In this document: one piece after another, positions 1-9,514 of the stretch
Position numbering within the stretch: position 1 is the stretch's first letter
Layout of the letters: each line of letters opens with the position of its first letter
Assembly: GCA_963770565.1 (NCBI GenBank)
Contig: CAVYQE010000002.1
Coordinates: 576,001-640,000, forward strand
Origin: an uncultured Actinomycetota bacterium
GTDB taxonomy: Bacteria > Actinomycetota > Actinomycetes > JAFAQI01
Direction: 5' to 3'
DNA length: 64,000 nucleotides
Translations under genes and position numbers: made by a program
Notes under the pieces: model-generated
The model's input: only the letters and a program-made list of their open reading frames with translations
The model's database searches: none
What the model was told of the DNA's origin: nothing

Positions 1-77
1 TCGACATCCCGTACGTGAAGGCGAACATGTTGCCGGTAAAGGACGGTCCGCGACAAGGCGGCCCATTGCTGTGCTGA
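1..77 (+). CDS. 3' end of an unknown gene entering the window
   Basis: Open frame from nt 3, DIPYVKANMLPVKDGPRQGGPLLC, ending at TGA 75-77 and convergent with the next ORF. Confidence 0.4.
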   Translation, partial: DIPYVKANMLPVKDGPRQGGPLLC

Positions 78-85
78 GCCGCCAG

Positions 86-271
86 CTACTGCACCGCGCG
101 ACTCGAGTCCGGTCGTTCGGACGCGATGATGCCGGTGCTGTCCGGGCCGTTCGGCGCGGTCAGGTCGATCAACAGCGAGAGTGGAACACCTGCGGCGAGT
201 AGTCGCATCGCGACGCTCTGCCGCGACCTTGGCCCACTCGGCTCACTCACATCATTCGTATCGAGCGGCAT
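86..271 (-). CDS. small hypothetical protein
   Basis: MPLDT...RLLAAGVPLSLLIDL..P.GPDS; follows rmlC on the same strand; start uncertain (271 or 301). Confidence 0.55.
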   Translation of the reverse strand: MPLDTNDVSEPSGPRSRQSVAMRLLAAGVPLSLLIDLTAPNGPDSTGIIASERPDSSRAVQ

Positions 272-340
272 CCGGGTGATCGAAACGGCCGTACGGCGCA
301 ACGCCGCTGCGGCGACCGAGTGACGTTGTCCGCCGATCGG

Positions 341-940
341 CTAACGAAGGTCGTCGTACCTGGCCAGACATGCTTCGTAGCGCGGCAACATGCCCACCTT
401 GATCGCCTGTTCGAGGGTTGGCGCTTCGCGATCCTTGTCCGACATCAACAGCTCGTCGACGGGTCCGGGTAGCGGCAGCCCGAGAGCGGGATCTGCAGGG
501 GAAATGGCGTGCTCCGCGGCGGGGTCGTACGCCGTCGACACCAGGTACGTCGCCGAGCTCCCGTCCTGCAAGCTGCACAGGACGTGCCCAAGACCCTCGG
601 AGATGAACACTGCCTGGCGGTGAACGCTGTCGAGGTGAACCGTGTCCACTGCCCCGAACGTCGGAGACCCGACCCGGAGGTCGACGACGATGTCGAGGAA
701 GGCGCCGACCGGGCAATAGACGTACTTCGCCTGCCCGGGCGGGACATCGGCGAAGTGCACACCCCGCACCACTCCCGCGCGGGACACCGAGTGGTTGGCC
801 TGGATGATGTCGAACTGTCGGCCGCTGGCCGCGGCCAGCAGATCGGCGCGAAACCACTCGGCGAACGACCCCCGGTCGTCCGCATGCGCCGTCGGCGAGC
901 AGACCCACGCGCCCGGGATCGAGAGCGGCTCGACCTTCAT
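341..940 (-). CDS. rmlC: dTDP-4-dehydrorhamnose 3,5-epimerase
   Basis: [28 protein letters not shown] and GLGH motifs; overlaps the rmlA stop. Confidence 0.95.
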   Translation of the reverse strand: MKVEPLSIPGAWVCSPTAHADDRGSFAEWFRADLLAAASGRQFDIIQANHSVSRAGVVRGVHFADVPPGQAKYVYCPVGAFLDIVVDLRVGSPTFGAVDTVHLDSVHRQAVFISEGLGHVLCSLQDGSSATYLVSTAYDPAAEHAISPADPALGLPLPGPVDELLMSDKDREAPTLEQAIKVGMLPRYEACLARYDDLR

Positions 941-1818
941 CGGACCCGATCGTCGCCGGCCGACACCAACGACAGCAGGTAGTCGCCGTACCCGCTCTTG
1001 GCCAGTGCGTGGCCGTGGGCGCGGAGCTCGTCGTCGGTGAGCCAGCCGTTGCGCCAGGCGATCTCCTCCGGACAGCCGATCTTGAGGCCCTGCCGCTCCT
1101 CGACCACCCGTACGAACTCCGACGCCTGGACGAGGCTCGCGAACGTTCCGGTGTCGAGCCAGGCGGTGCCCCGCGGAAGCACGCTGACGTGCAGCCGCCC
1201 TTGCCGAAGGTAAGCGTCGTTCACGGCCGTGATCTCGATCTCGCCGCGTGCGCTCGGCTTCAGAGAGCCGGCGATCTCCACGACGTCGGCCGAATAGAAG
1301 TAGAGCCCGGGGACGGCGTATGAGCTCCGGGGCTGCTGAGGCTTCTCCTCGATCGAGACCACCTGGCCTTGCGGGTCGAACTCGACCACGCCGTAGTCCG
1401 ACGGCGTCGCGACCTGGTAGGCGAAGATGTGGCCGCCGTCCAGACCGGCCAGCCTGGCGAGCTGCGAGCCGAGGCCCGATCCGTAGAAGATGTTGTCCCC
1501 GAGGACCAGCGCGACCGGCTCGGTTCCGATGAAGTCCGCACCGATCGTGAACGCCTGCGCCAACCCCTTCGGCTCGGGTTGCACGGCGTAGGTCACCTCG
1601 ATGCCGAAGTCCGAGCCGTCGCGCAGCAGCCGCCGGAACTGCTCGGCGTCCTCCGGCGTGGTGATGACGAGGACCTCCCGGATGCCGGCCATCATCAGCG
1701 TCGCAAGCGGGTAATAGACCATCGGCTTGTCATAGACCGGGAGCAGCTGCTTCGACAGCGCCCGGGTGATCGGCCAGAGCCGTGAGCCGGTGCCACCGGC
1801 GAGAACGATCCCTTTCAT
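937..1818 (-). CDS. rmlA: glucose-1-phosphate thymidylyltransferase
   Basis: [47 protein letters not shown]; true start is ATG 1818 inside the 631-aa ORF. Confidence 0.97.
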   Translation of the reverse strand: MKGIVLAGGTGSRLWPITRALSKQLLPVYDKPMVYYPLATLMMAGIREVLVITTPEDAEQFRRLLRDGSDFGIEVTYAVQPEPKGLAQAFTIGADFIGTEPVALVLGDNIFYGSGLGSQLARLAGLDGGHIFAYQVATPSDYGVVEFDPQGQVVSIEEKPQQPRSSYAVPGLYFYSADVVEIAGSLKPSARGEIEITAVNDAYLRQGRLHVSVLPRGTAWLDTGTFASLVQASEFVRVVEERQGLKIGCPEEIAWRNGWLTDDELRAHGHALAKSGYGDYLLSLVSAGDDRVR

Positions 1819-1863
1819 CAGACGATGACCGTATCCAAGTCCGGCGTCACATACCCTTTCGAC

Positions 1864-2844
1864 GTGCGACTTCTCGTCACTGGCGGCGCCGGTTTCATCG
1901 GGTCGCACTTCGTGCGGGCCCTGCTTGCCGACGACTACCCGGCTTATCGCGGCGCCGGGGTGACCGTCTACGACAAGCTGACGTACGCCGGCAACCTGGC
2001 CAATCTCGCGTCCGTCGCCGACAATCCGCGCTTCACCTTCGTCAAGGGCGACATCCTCGACTCGGGGCTGCTCGACGAGGTGCTTCCCGGCCACGATGCG
2101 GTGCTGAACTTCGCGGCCGAGTCCCACGTCGACCGGTCGATCGCCGGTGCCGCGGACTTCGTCACGACCAACGTGGTCGGCGTCCAGACCCTGCTCGATG
2201 CCTGCTTGCGCGCGGGCACTCCCCGGGTGCTTCAGGTCTCGACCGACGAGGTCTACGGCTCGATCGCCTCGGGGGCGTTCCGCGAGTCCGACCGACTCGA
2301 GCCCAATTCGCCGTACTCGGCGGCGAAAGCCGGCGGTGACCTGATCGCCCGCTCCTACGTCGTGACCCACGCGCTTGATGTCGTGATCACTCGCTGCACG
2401 AACAACTACGGGCCGTACCAGTTCCCCGAAAAGGTCATCCCGCTGTTCGTCACCAACCTGCTCGACGGGCTGTCCGTGCCGTTGTACGGCGACGGGCTCA
2501 ACATCCGCGACTGGCTGCACGTCGACGACCACTGCCGGGGCATCGCTCTCGTGCTCGAAGGTGGCCGCACCGGCGAGACCTACAACATCGCCGGCGGAGT
2601 CGAGCTGACCAACCGCGAGCTGACCGAGCGGCTCCTCACCGCCTGCGACCGGGACTGGTCGTCGGTGGAGCCGGTCGAGGACCGCAAGGGCCACGATCGC
2701 CGTTACTCCCTGGACGACACGAAGCTGCACGAAGAGCTGGGCTACTCGCCACGGACGAACTTCGACGCCGGGCTGGCCGCCACCGTGCAGTGGTACCGCG
2801 ACAACGAGGCGTGGTGGCGTCCGCTCAAACACGTGGTCTCGTGA
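1864..2844 (+). CDS. rmlB: dTDP-glucose 4,6-dehydratase
   Basis: [40 protein letters not shown]; GTG 1864 is the likely start (alternative ATG 1825). Confidence 0.96.
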   Translation: MRLLVTGGAGFIGSHFVRALLADDYPAYRGAGVTVYDKLTYAGNLANLASVADNPRFTFVKGDILDSGLLDEVLPGHDAVLNFAAESHVDRSIAGAADFVTTNVVGVQTLLDACLRAGTPRVLQVSTDEVYGSIASGAFRESDRLEPNSPYSAAKAGGDLIARSYVVTHALDVVITRCTNNYGPYQFPEKVIPLFVTNLLDGLSVPLYGDGLNIRDWLHVDDHCRGIALVLEGGRTGETYNIAGGVELTNRELTERLLTACDRDWSSVEPVEDRKGHDRRYSLDDTKLHEELGYSPRTNFDAGLAATVQWYRDNEAWWRPLKHVVS

Positions 2845-3698
2845 CCCGCTGGCTGGTTACCGGGGCCGGTGGGCAGCTCGGCACCGACGTCATGGCGGTG
2901 CTCGGTGCTCAGGAAGCGGATGCACGCGGTTTCGACCGAGCCACCTTCGACATCGCCGACCCTGACGCGGTCGAGGTGACGCTTTCGGCCGTGGCGCCCA
3001 CCGTCGTCGTCAACTGCGCGGCCTACACGGCGGTCGACGCTGCGGAGGCCGACGAGTCCGCTGCCACCGTGGTAAACGGCGAGGCGCCGGGCAACCTGGC
3101 CCGGTGGTGCGCGGCACATCGGGCGCGCTTCATCCAGGTCTCAACCGACTACGTTTTCGCGGGCGATGCCACGATGCCGTACGAGGTCGACCACCCGACC
3201 GATCCGGGCTCGGCGTATGGCCGGTCGAAACTGGCTGGCGAACGAGCCACTGTCGCCGCCGGCGGTGACGCGCACGTCGTACGGACCGCCTGGGTGTACG
3301 GCGCCACCGGCTCGAACTTCGTGAAGACGATCGCGCGGCTCGCGCGCGAGCAGGAAACGCTTCGCGTCGTCGACGACCAGATCGGCTCGCCCACCTGGTC
3401 CTACCAGTTGGCGGCCGCACTGGTCGCGCTCGGCCTCGCCCCGGTCGAGCCCGGGATCTGGCACTGCTCCGGCGCGGGCCAGACCTCGTGGTACGGCCTG
3501 GCCGGTGCGATCTTCAGTGAGCTCGGGCTCGATCCGGCCCGGATCACGCCCACGACCACCGCCGAGTTTCCCCGGCGCGCGCCGCGGCCGGCGTACTCGG
3601 TGCTGTCCAACCGCAAGTGGCTGGCGGCCGGGCTTCCCGGACTGCCGCCATGGCGCGACGCCCTCCACGAAGCGCTCGCCAGCGGCCTGACCGGCTGA
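2841..3698 (+). CDS. rmlD: dTDP-4-dehydrorhamnose reductase
   Basis: [50 protein letters not shown]; GTGA overlap with rmlB. Confidence 0.95.
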   Translation: MTRWLVTGAGGQLGTDVMAVLGAQEADARGFDRATFDIADPDAVEVTLSAVAPTVVVNCAAYTAVDAAEADESAATVVNGEAPGNLARWCAAHRARFIQVSTDYVFAGDATMPYEVDHPTDPGSAYGRSKLAGERATVAAGGDAHVVRTAWVYGATGSNFVKTIARLAREQETLRVVDDQIGSPTWSYQLAAALVALGLAPVEPGIWHCSGAGQTSWYGLAGAIFSELGLDPARITPTTTAEFPRRAPRPAYSVLSNRKWLAAGLPGLPPWRDALHEALASGLTG

Positions 3699-3728
3699 CC
3701 GACCGGCCCGGCTGACCGACCCCACCAA

Positions 3729-3933
3729 TGGCCCATGGGTGGGGCGATAGCCACACCGGTAGCCCATGAGGTGGGGCGATAGCCACACCGGTGGCCCATA
3801 GGTGGGGCGATAGCCACACCGGTGGCCCATAGCGTGGGGCGATAGCCACACCGGTGGCCCATAGCGTGGGGCGATAGCCACACCGGTGGCCCATGCGTGG
3901 GGCGATAGCCACACCGGTGGCCCATGCGTGGGG
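3729..3933. repeat. tandem array of 31-32 bp units (6 full plus partial ends) between convergent genes
   Basis: Core GTGGGGCGATAGCCACACCGGT at 3739, 3771, 3802, 3834, 3866, 3897, partial at 3928; linkers near-identical. Confidence 0.95.
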
Positions 3934-3954
3934 TTCGGCCCGGGGGCGGGTGAG

Positions 3955-5469
3955 CTAGTAGGCGCCGTCGTTGCGAACGATGGCGAACAGCGTCTTCCAG
4001 ATGATCATCGCGTCGAGCGCGAACGACCAGTTCTCCACGTAGTAGAGATCAAGCCGGACGCTGTCGTCCCAACTCAGGTTGGACCGGCCGGACACCTGCC
4101 ACAGCCCGGTGATTCCGGGCCGGACCAGCAGCCGGCGGGCCACCTCGGTGCCGTACTGTGCGACCTCGCCCGGCAGCGGTGGGCGCGGCCCGACCAAGGC
4201 CATGTCGCCCCGGACGACGTTCCAAAGCTGGGGCACTTCGTCGAGCGACCACTTGCGCAGCAGCCGACCCACCCGCGTGACGCGTGGGTCCTCGCGGATC
4301 TTGAACAGCAGCCCATCGGCCAGCTCGTTCTGCTCGCGCAATGAGTCGAGCAACGACTCCGCATCGGCCCGCATCGTCCGGATCTTGTAGACGGTGAACT
4401 CCCGGCCGTTCTTCCCGACCCTGGTCTGGCGGAACAACGGCGCACCGTGGCTGTCGATCCGCACGATGATCGCCAGCATGATCAACAGCGGCAGCACGAG
4501 CAGGAACGCCGCGGTCGCGCACAGCCACTCGACGGTCGCCTTCAGCAGCTGGCGCGGGCCGGACAGCTCCGGCTCCTCGACGTGCAGAAGGGGCAGGCCG
4601 GCCACCGGGCGAACGCTGATCCGCGGCCCGGCCACGTCGAGCAGCGCGGGCGCGGCGATCAAGGAGACGCCGGTGCTCTCGAGCTCCCACGACAGCCGCC
4701 GCAACACCGCAGGCGACATGCCCGGCCCGGAGGCGACGGCGACCGTGTCTGCACCGGCCTCGGCCACTGCAGTCAGCACCTGGGTCAACGAGCCAAGCAC
4801 CGGAAGGTCTGGGACGACGAGCGCCTCGCTCGAGGTCGGCATGCACGCGCCCACGAGGGTGTATCCAACGTACGGGTCGTGGCTGAGCTGATCGGCGAGG
4901 TCACGAATCCCCTCGACGCCCCCGACCACGAGCACCCGGTGCATATAGCCGCCTTTGCGCCGTCGGGCATGCAGCCAACGGCGCTGGGCGTACCGGCCGA
5001 AGAGGAGCAAGGCGGTGCCGACCGGAAGCGCGATCGCGACGTAGCCCCGGGCCAGGTCGATCTTGAAGGTGTAGGCGACCACTGCCAGCACCGCCATCAG
5101 GCGAAGTGACGCACCGCTCACCCGCTTGAACTCGTCGGCACCGGTGCCGAGGAAGGGCATCTCATAGGCGCGCGCAATCACCAGCGCGCCGATCCAGACC
5201 GGTACGAGCAGCACTGAGAGCATCGGATAGGACAGACCACTCACGTGGTCATCGGCACTGCCAAACCGGACGTACAACGCAAGCAGCATGCTGCCGAGAA
5301 TGATGAGGAAATCGACCGCAACGACCATCGCGAGATAACGGCGCTGCCAGATGTCGACCGGCCGCTGTCGCTCACCAGTCTCACGTTGGAGCAGGTTCCG
5401 AACAGCGGGGGTCAAATCGGGCGCGGCCGAGCCGCTTTCGGCAGCCAGCGTCACGCGTTGTCCCCACAT
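3955..5469 (-). CDS. priming polyprenyl-phosphate glycosylphosphotransferase (WcaJ/WbaP family)
   Basis: N-terminal TM helices, Rossmann-like middle, C-terminal KIRTM..DPRVTRVG..SLDEVPQLWNV..GDMALVGPRP..PGITGLWQVSGR..DLYYVENWS. Confidence 0.93.
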   Translation of the reverse strand: MWGQRVTLAAESGSAAPDLTPAVRNLLQRETGERQRPVDIWQRRYLAMVVAVDFLIILGSMLLALYVRFGSADDHVSGLSYPMLSVLLVPVWIGALVIARAYEMPFLGTGADEFKRVSGASLRLMAVLAVVAYTFKIDLARGYVAIALPVGTALLLFGRYAQRRWLHARRRKGGYMHRVLVVGGVEGIRDLADQLSHDPYVGYTLVGACMPTSSEALVVPDLPVLGSLTQVLTAVAEAGADTVAVASGPGMSPAVLRRLSWELESTGVSLIAAPALLDVAGPRISVRPVAGLPLLHVEEPELSGPRQLLKATVEWLCATAAFLLVLPLLIMLAIIVRIDSHGAPLFRQTRVGKNGREFTVYKIRTMRADAESLLDSLREQNELADGLLFKIREDPRVTRVGRLLRKWSLDEVPQLWNVVRGDMALVGPRPPLPGEVAQYGTEVARRLLVRPGITGLWQVSGRSNLSWDDSVRLDLYYVENWSFALDAMIIWKTLFAIVRNDGAY

Positions 5470-5624
5470 TCTCAAAGGAGCCGCTCCAGGTTAGGGCGCG
5501 TTCAATCGCCTGTCAGCCCCTATCCCAAGCCGGGCCTTGACCACGCCCGTGCGCGCGGGGTCGCGGCGACGTCCGGGACAGGTTTCCGTTCGGTAAATGC
5601 ATCGGCATTCCGGCGCGGAAGGCT

Positions 5625-5815
5625 TAGGCTTCCCCCACACGAGAAAGGAGGTGGTCCACACTTTGAGTACACGTTGGACTCGTGAGGTGACCGTCCGCTA
5701 GACGCCGTCTTCGGACTCGTTGTGAGACAAGCTCGGACGCACGGCGTCCGGCAAATCCCTCGACGGTTACTGCGCCCCCGGGCAGCCGGCCCGTCCAGCC
5801 GGCAACCGCGCTCAC
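5625..5815 (+). ncRNA. putative structured small RNA carrying a micro-ORF
   Basis: TAGGCT -10 at 5625-5630, AAAGGAGGT at 5644-5652, micro-ORF, 8-bp helix 5701-5708/5741-5748, and a multibranch 3' domain with C-rich loops. Confidence 0.45.
5663..5701 (+). CDS. putative 12-aa micropeptide MSTRWTREVTVR
   Basis: TTG...TAG, 11 nt downstream of a perfect AGGAGG Shine-Dalgarno. Confidence 0.4.
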   Translation: MSTRWTREVTVR

Positions 5816-5835
5816 ACAGTGAGCGACCGGTTAAT

Positions 5836-5962
5836 GCCCGGGGGCACTTTCATGGGCGGCACTTCAATGTGCAGAGCCCGGGGGCACTTTCACGGGCGGC
5901 ACTTCAATGTGTTGAGCCCGCGGGCAGTCTCATGTGCGGCGCTTCGATGTCCAAAGCCCGGG
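5836..5962. repeat. tandem repeat, 3 x 40 bp
   Basis: GCCCGGGGGCACTTTCAYGGGCGGCACTTCAATGTG.... at 5836 and 5876, degenerate copy at 5916. Confidence 0.9.
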
Positions 5963-5966
5963 CTGC

Positions 5967-7238
5967 CTACTTCAGCGAGAGCCAGGTGGCCACGTCGACG
6001 ACGCCGGTCGCCGTGAGCTTGTGCGCCTGCTGCCAGGCGATGACCGCGGCCTTGGTTGCCGCGCCGAAACCGCCGTCGACGGTCAGCGATGCGCCGCGCC
6101 GGTTGAGGTCGAGCTGGAGTTGGGTCACCGTGAAGCCCTGGTCGCCCAACTTGACCGGCAGCGCCAGTCCGGCCACCGGGCGGACCACCTGGGGCAGCAG
6201 GTCGGTCGTCCACATCGGCACGACCTGGACGTTCTCGCCGGTCTGGGGGGAGTCGAGCAGGTCGCCCCCGCCGACATACATCGCCACGTGGTAGGCCGTC
6301 GAGGGCTTGCTGACATCGCTGGCGTAGAAGAGCAGGTCGCCTTGCTGGGCCTCGTTCAAGGGCACCAGCTTGCCGGCGCCGGCGTACTGTTCGGCCGCCG
6401 TCCGCGGGATGGTCAGCCCGGCATGCAGGTACGACGTCATCTGCAGGCCTGAGCAGTCGTAGCCCTTCGGGCCGGTGCCACCCCAGATGTAGGGCTTGCC
6501 GAGCTGCTTGTGGGCGAAGGCCATCGCCTGCAACGCGACCGGGTTCTTGGTCGTGCCGGGTCGCTTCACCAGCTCGGCCGCGAGCGTCACGACCTTCTTG
6601 CGAATCCTCGCCTGGGCGCGCGCGTCCGCGGTCTGGCTCGGCAGGATCGAGCTCGCGGTCGAGCACTCCGGCGTACCGAACAACGTGAGTGCCTTCCACG
6701 TCGCCGGCGAGGTGATGCCGGTCACCGGCAGGCGCGCCGCCTTCTGGACCATCTCGACCGCGTCGGTGGTCGGGCCGCCGAAGACCCCGTTGACCGCGGT
6801 GCCGACCATTCGCTGCAAGACCTCGACCGCAAGACCCTCCGCGCCGGTGGACAGCCGCGCGCAGGTCAACCGGACGCCGGTGCCGAGCACCCGCGACCCG
6901 CAGGCCGCCTCGGCGGTCGTAGCCGGCAACGCCGCCCAGGTCGCTGCATCAACCGCGCCGGTCGCCGGCAGCGAGTGCGCCCGCTGCCAGGCCTGCAATG
7001 CCTTGACGGTGCCCTTGCCGAAGTTGCCGTTGACCGGGTGGCCGATCGCGGTCTGAATCGATCGCACCGCGGCTCCGGTCGCACCCTGGCCGAGCACCGC
7101 GCAGGTGGTGACGGGCGCCTTCCGCGAGCCCGCGGCGTGCGCTACGGGCGACGCAACCACCGCGGTCAGCGCCAGGGCGAGCGTTGTCGCTGCCACGCCG
7201 AGCCGGAGCATCCGCGGTCTGAGCACGCATGACCGCAC
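5967..7238 (-). CDS. secreted NlpC/P60 peptidoglycan endopeptidase with multiple peptidoglycan-binding domains
   Basis: Signal peptide; PG_binding_1-like repeats (G.FG..T..AV..WQ..H.L..TG.VD.ATW); GKPYIWGG..DCSGL and HVAMY catalytic motifs; GGAGG RBS. Confidence 0.92.
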   Translation of the reverse strand: MRSCVLRPRMLRLGVAATTLALALTAVVASPVAHAAGSRKAPVTTCAVLGQGATGAAVRSIQTAIGHPVNGNFGKGTVKALQAWQRAHSLPATGAVDAATWAALPATTAEAACGSRVLGTGVRLTCARLSTGAEGLAVEVLQRMVGTAVNGVFGGPTTDAVEMVQKAARLPVTGITSPATWKALTLFGTPECSTASSILPSQTADARAQARIRKKVVTLAAELVKRPGTTKNPVALQAMAFAHKQLGKPYIWGGTGPKGYDCSGLQMTSYLHAGLTIPRTAAEQYAGAGKLVPLNEAQQGDLLFYASDVSKPSTAYHVAMYVGGGDLLDSPQTGENVQVVPMWTTDLLPQVVRPVAGLALPVKLGDQGFTVTQLQLDLNRRGASLTVDGGFGAATKAAVIAWQQAHKLTATGVVDVATWLSLK

Positions 7239-7368
7239 GTCACACCTCCGTCAGGGGCCTCGCTGTCAACTTCCGCTATCAGCAGTTTCGGCACAGCCCC
7301 CCGGGGGCCTTGAACCCGCTAACCGCATCAATCCGGGCAATCCAGGCTCACCCCGCTGCATCTGAGGC

Positions 7369-7665
7369 TCAGCCGACGTGGTGACCGATCACTGACCGCC
7401 ATTCCGCGCGGGTCGGCTCGGGGACTCCGGCCTGGCCCAGCGCCGGGCCGAGCCGCTGCGCCATGAAGGCCTCCTGCGAGGCCTGGGAGTCCCAGATCTC
7501 GAAGACGATCAAGGCGTTGTCCTCGGTCACGGCGCCGGTGTGCGCCAGCAGGCCGGGCGGCCAGTCACCCTCGTTCGTGGTCGGATCGATCCCTAGCAAG
7601 GCGTTGACGGCGTTGTACTGCTCCTCGTTGACGCCGTCGAACTCCAAGATCAATGCACTGGACAC
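7369..7665 (-). CDS. small hypothetical protein, possible dimeric alpha-beta barrel (ABM-like)
   Basis: EEQYNAVN..PPGLLAH..IVFEIWDSQASQEAFM pattern; GTG start after GGGAGG. Confidence 0.7.
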   Translation of the reverse strand: MSSALILEFDGVNEEQYNAVNALLGIDPTTNEGDWPPGLLAHTGAVTEDNALIVFEIWDSQASQEAFMAQRLGPALGQAGVPEPTRAEWRSVIGHHVG

Positions 7666-7815
7666 GTCGGATCCTCCCCGCAGTTCCATTGATGGGCGGC
7701 ACGAGCCGTCGCCTGTCGGCCGACCGGTTGGATGCGGCCGAGGCTTGCACACTCACCCCGACCGGACAAGAGGGCAGCGGTGCCACGTCGGCGAGGCCCC
7801 TGCGGCGCGACCGTT

Positions 7816-8340
7816 TCAGTCGGTACTGCGGTCAAGCGCCGCGGCGAGATGCGGCACCAAGCCGGTGTCGCCGGCGGCCAGGTCGATCGCATACATGAGC
7901 TTCCCGGCGCGTACGGCGTACAACCGCCGATCGGCGGTGATCGGCGGGGCGCTCGGGGTTCGGGCCACGACGTCGCTGACCAGCTCGACCTGCGGGCCGG
8001 CCGGCCCCGCTTTGAGCGCTCCGATCAGGACCTCGGTCACCCCGCTCGGGCGGGTCACGACCAGCTCAACCGAGATCGAGCCGTCCTCGGCCGGCGGCTG
8101 CGGGCGCCACCACCCGGACTCCGAGTGCAGCCAGCTGCCGTCGTCGACCGTGACGAGGTGCGAGGTGTAGGCCAGCCAGGACGAGCCGTCGTCGTGGATC
8201 CGGAGCACTTCGGCGTACGGATAGTCCGGGCCGTCGCCGCCCGGCACCGCGCCGACTCCCTCACCGCGCCAGGTGCCGATCAGGAAGTCGAGGGCCCTGG
8301 CGGGGTCGGCGGGGGTCATCGCGGCAACCTCATCGCTCAC
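7816..8340 (-). CDS. nitrobindin / FABP-like protein (DUF1794)
   Basis: LIGTWRGEG, HSESGWWR, RLY, C-terminal PHL..LDR; synteny with sseC/sulfurtransferase as for Mtb Rv0813c. Confidence 0.85.
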   Translation of the reverse strand: MSDEVAAMTPADPARALDFLIGTWRGEGVGAVPGGDGPDYPYAEVLRIHDDGSSWLAYTSHLVTVDDGSWLHSESGWWRPQPPAEDGSISVELVVTRPSGVTEVLIGALKAGPAGPQVELVSDVVARTPSAPPITADRRLYAVRAGKLMYAIDLAAGDTGLVPHLAAALDRSTD

Positions 8341-9472
8341 CGAGCAGCAGCCGGCTGATGATCATCTTCTGGATCTCCGACGTGCCGCCGCCGATCGAGC
8401 CGAGCTTGGCGTCCCGCAGTGCTCGCTCGACTCCGAAGTCGCGCAAGTAGCCGTAGCCGCCGTGGATCTGGATCGCGTCGAGCGCGTTCTGAACGCTCAT
8501 CTCCCCGACCAGGTATTTCGCGATCGAGGCTTCCATCTGGTGCTCGGCACCGGTCTGCTTGAGGTACGCCGCGCGGTAGACCGCGGTGCGGCAGGCCTCG
8601 AGGCGGACCTTCATCTCGGCCAGCTTGTGCGCGATCGCCTGGAACGACGCGATCGGCCGGCCGAACTGCTTGCGGTCCTTGGCATAGGCGACCGAGGCGT
8701 CGAGCGTGCTCTGCATCCCGCCGAGCGCCCCGCCCATCATCACGGTGCGCTCCCAGTCGAAGCACTCGAAGGCGATCTGCCACAACGCCGCGCCCTCGGC
8801 GCCGAGCAGCGCATCGCCGGGCACCCGGCAGTCGACCAACGCGATCTCGGCGGTGGGCGAGGACCGGCAGCCCATCTTGTCGAGCTCGCGGCCGACCTGG
8901 AACCCGGGATTGCCGGTGTCGACGATGAACGCGCTCGCACCCTTGTCACCCGTCTTGGCCAGCACCGTGCAGACGTCGGCGATCGGTCCGTTGGTGATGA
9001 AGATCTTGGTGCCGTTGAGGACCCAGTTGTCACCATCGGGTACGGCCGTCGTGAGCAGGCCGCCGGCGTCGGAGCCGGCCTCGGGCTCGGTCGAAGCCCA
9101 GGCCCCGATCATCGAGCCGTCGGTGAGTCCGGGCAGCCAGCGACGCTTCTGTTCCTCGGTGCCGTGCAGCCAGATCGGCACGGAACCGATCACCCAATGC
9201 GCGCCGAGCGAGAGGTTGAAACCACCGTCATGGCCGGCCTCGCCGATCGCCTCGTTGGCGATCAGGCAGTCCATGATCGAGGCGCCGGCGCCGCCGTACT
9301 CCTCGGGGATCGGCAGCCCGGCGAGGCCCTGCGCGGCGAAGGACTTCCAGACCTCGGGGTCCCATCGGCCGTCCCGGTCGCGATCCGCGGCGCCGGGAGC
9401 GACCGTGGCCGCCGCCCAGTCGTAGACGCTGCGTCGGAACGCCTTCTGCTCGTCGGTGAGGGAGAAGTCCAC
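8330..9472 (-). CDS. acyl-CoA dehydrogenase
   Basis: MDFSLTDEQ start, TEPEAGSD, NGTKIFITN, KMGCR, RKQFGRPI, QIHGGYGY, GGGTSEIQ. Confidence 0.95.
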   Translation of the reverse strand: MDFSLTDEQKAFRRSVYDWAAATVAPGAADRDRDGRWDPEVWKSFAAQGLAGLPIPEEYGGAGASIMDCLIANEAIGEAGHDGGFNLSLGAHWVIGSVPIWLHGTEEQKRRWLPGLTDGSMIGAWASTEPEAGSDAGGLLTTAVPDGDNWVLNGTKIFITNGPIADVCTVLAKTGDKGASAFIVDTGNPGFQVGRELDKMGCRSSPTAEIALVDCRVPGDALLGAEGAALWQIAFECFDWERTVMMGGALGGMQSTLDASVAYAKDRKQFGRPIASFQAIAHKLAEMKVRLEACRTAVYRAAYLKQTGAEHQMEASIAKYLVGEMSVQNALDAIQIHGGYGYLRDFGVERALRDAKLGSIGGGTSEIQKMIISRLLLGER

Positions 9473-9514
9473 AAAGGCAGTGTGCCAGCCAGGTCGCGGG
9501 CTACCCTCCGGGCC

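Noticed and set aside
937-2832. Very long ORF-track versions of rmlA, cysC (8273-10501), ACAD (to 10195) and both gmd genes as fusion proteins
   Set aside because: The extensions are antisense shadows of neighbouring genes in high-GC DNA; family motifs begin at internal starts
3141-3925. Minus-strand ORFs with repeated MGHRCGYRPT / WLSPH peptides (RiPP-like cores)
   Set aside because: They are translations of the DNA tandem repeat in shifting frames and run antisense to rmlD; no modifying enzymes nearby
3729-3933. CRISPR array
   Set aside because: Inter-repeat segments are only 9-10 bp and nearly identical, so there are no unique spacers; no cas genes in the window
5764-5810. 6C RNA or Ms1 RNA
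   Set aside because: The loops are C-rich but lack two runs of six or more C, and no Ms1-like sequence is recognisable; kept as an unclassified RNA candidate
7239-7368. c-di-AMP (ydaO) riboswitch ahead of NlpC/P60
   Set aside because: The conserved GCCGAATCC, GGGGAACC and CCCGTCAGCTAAC segments are absent
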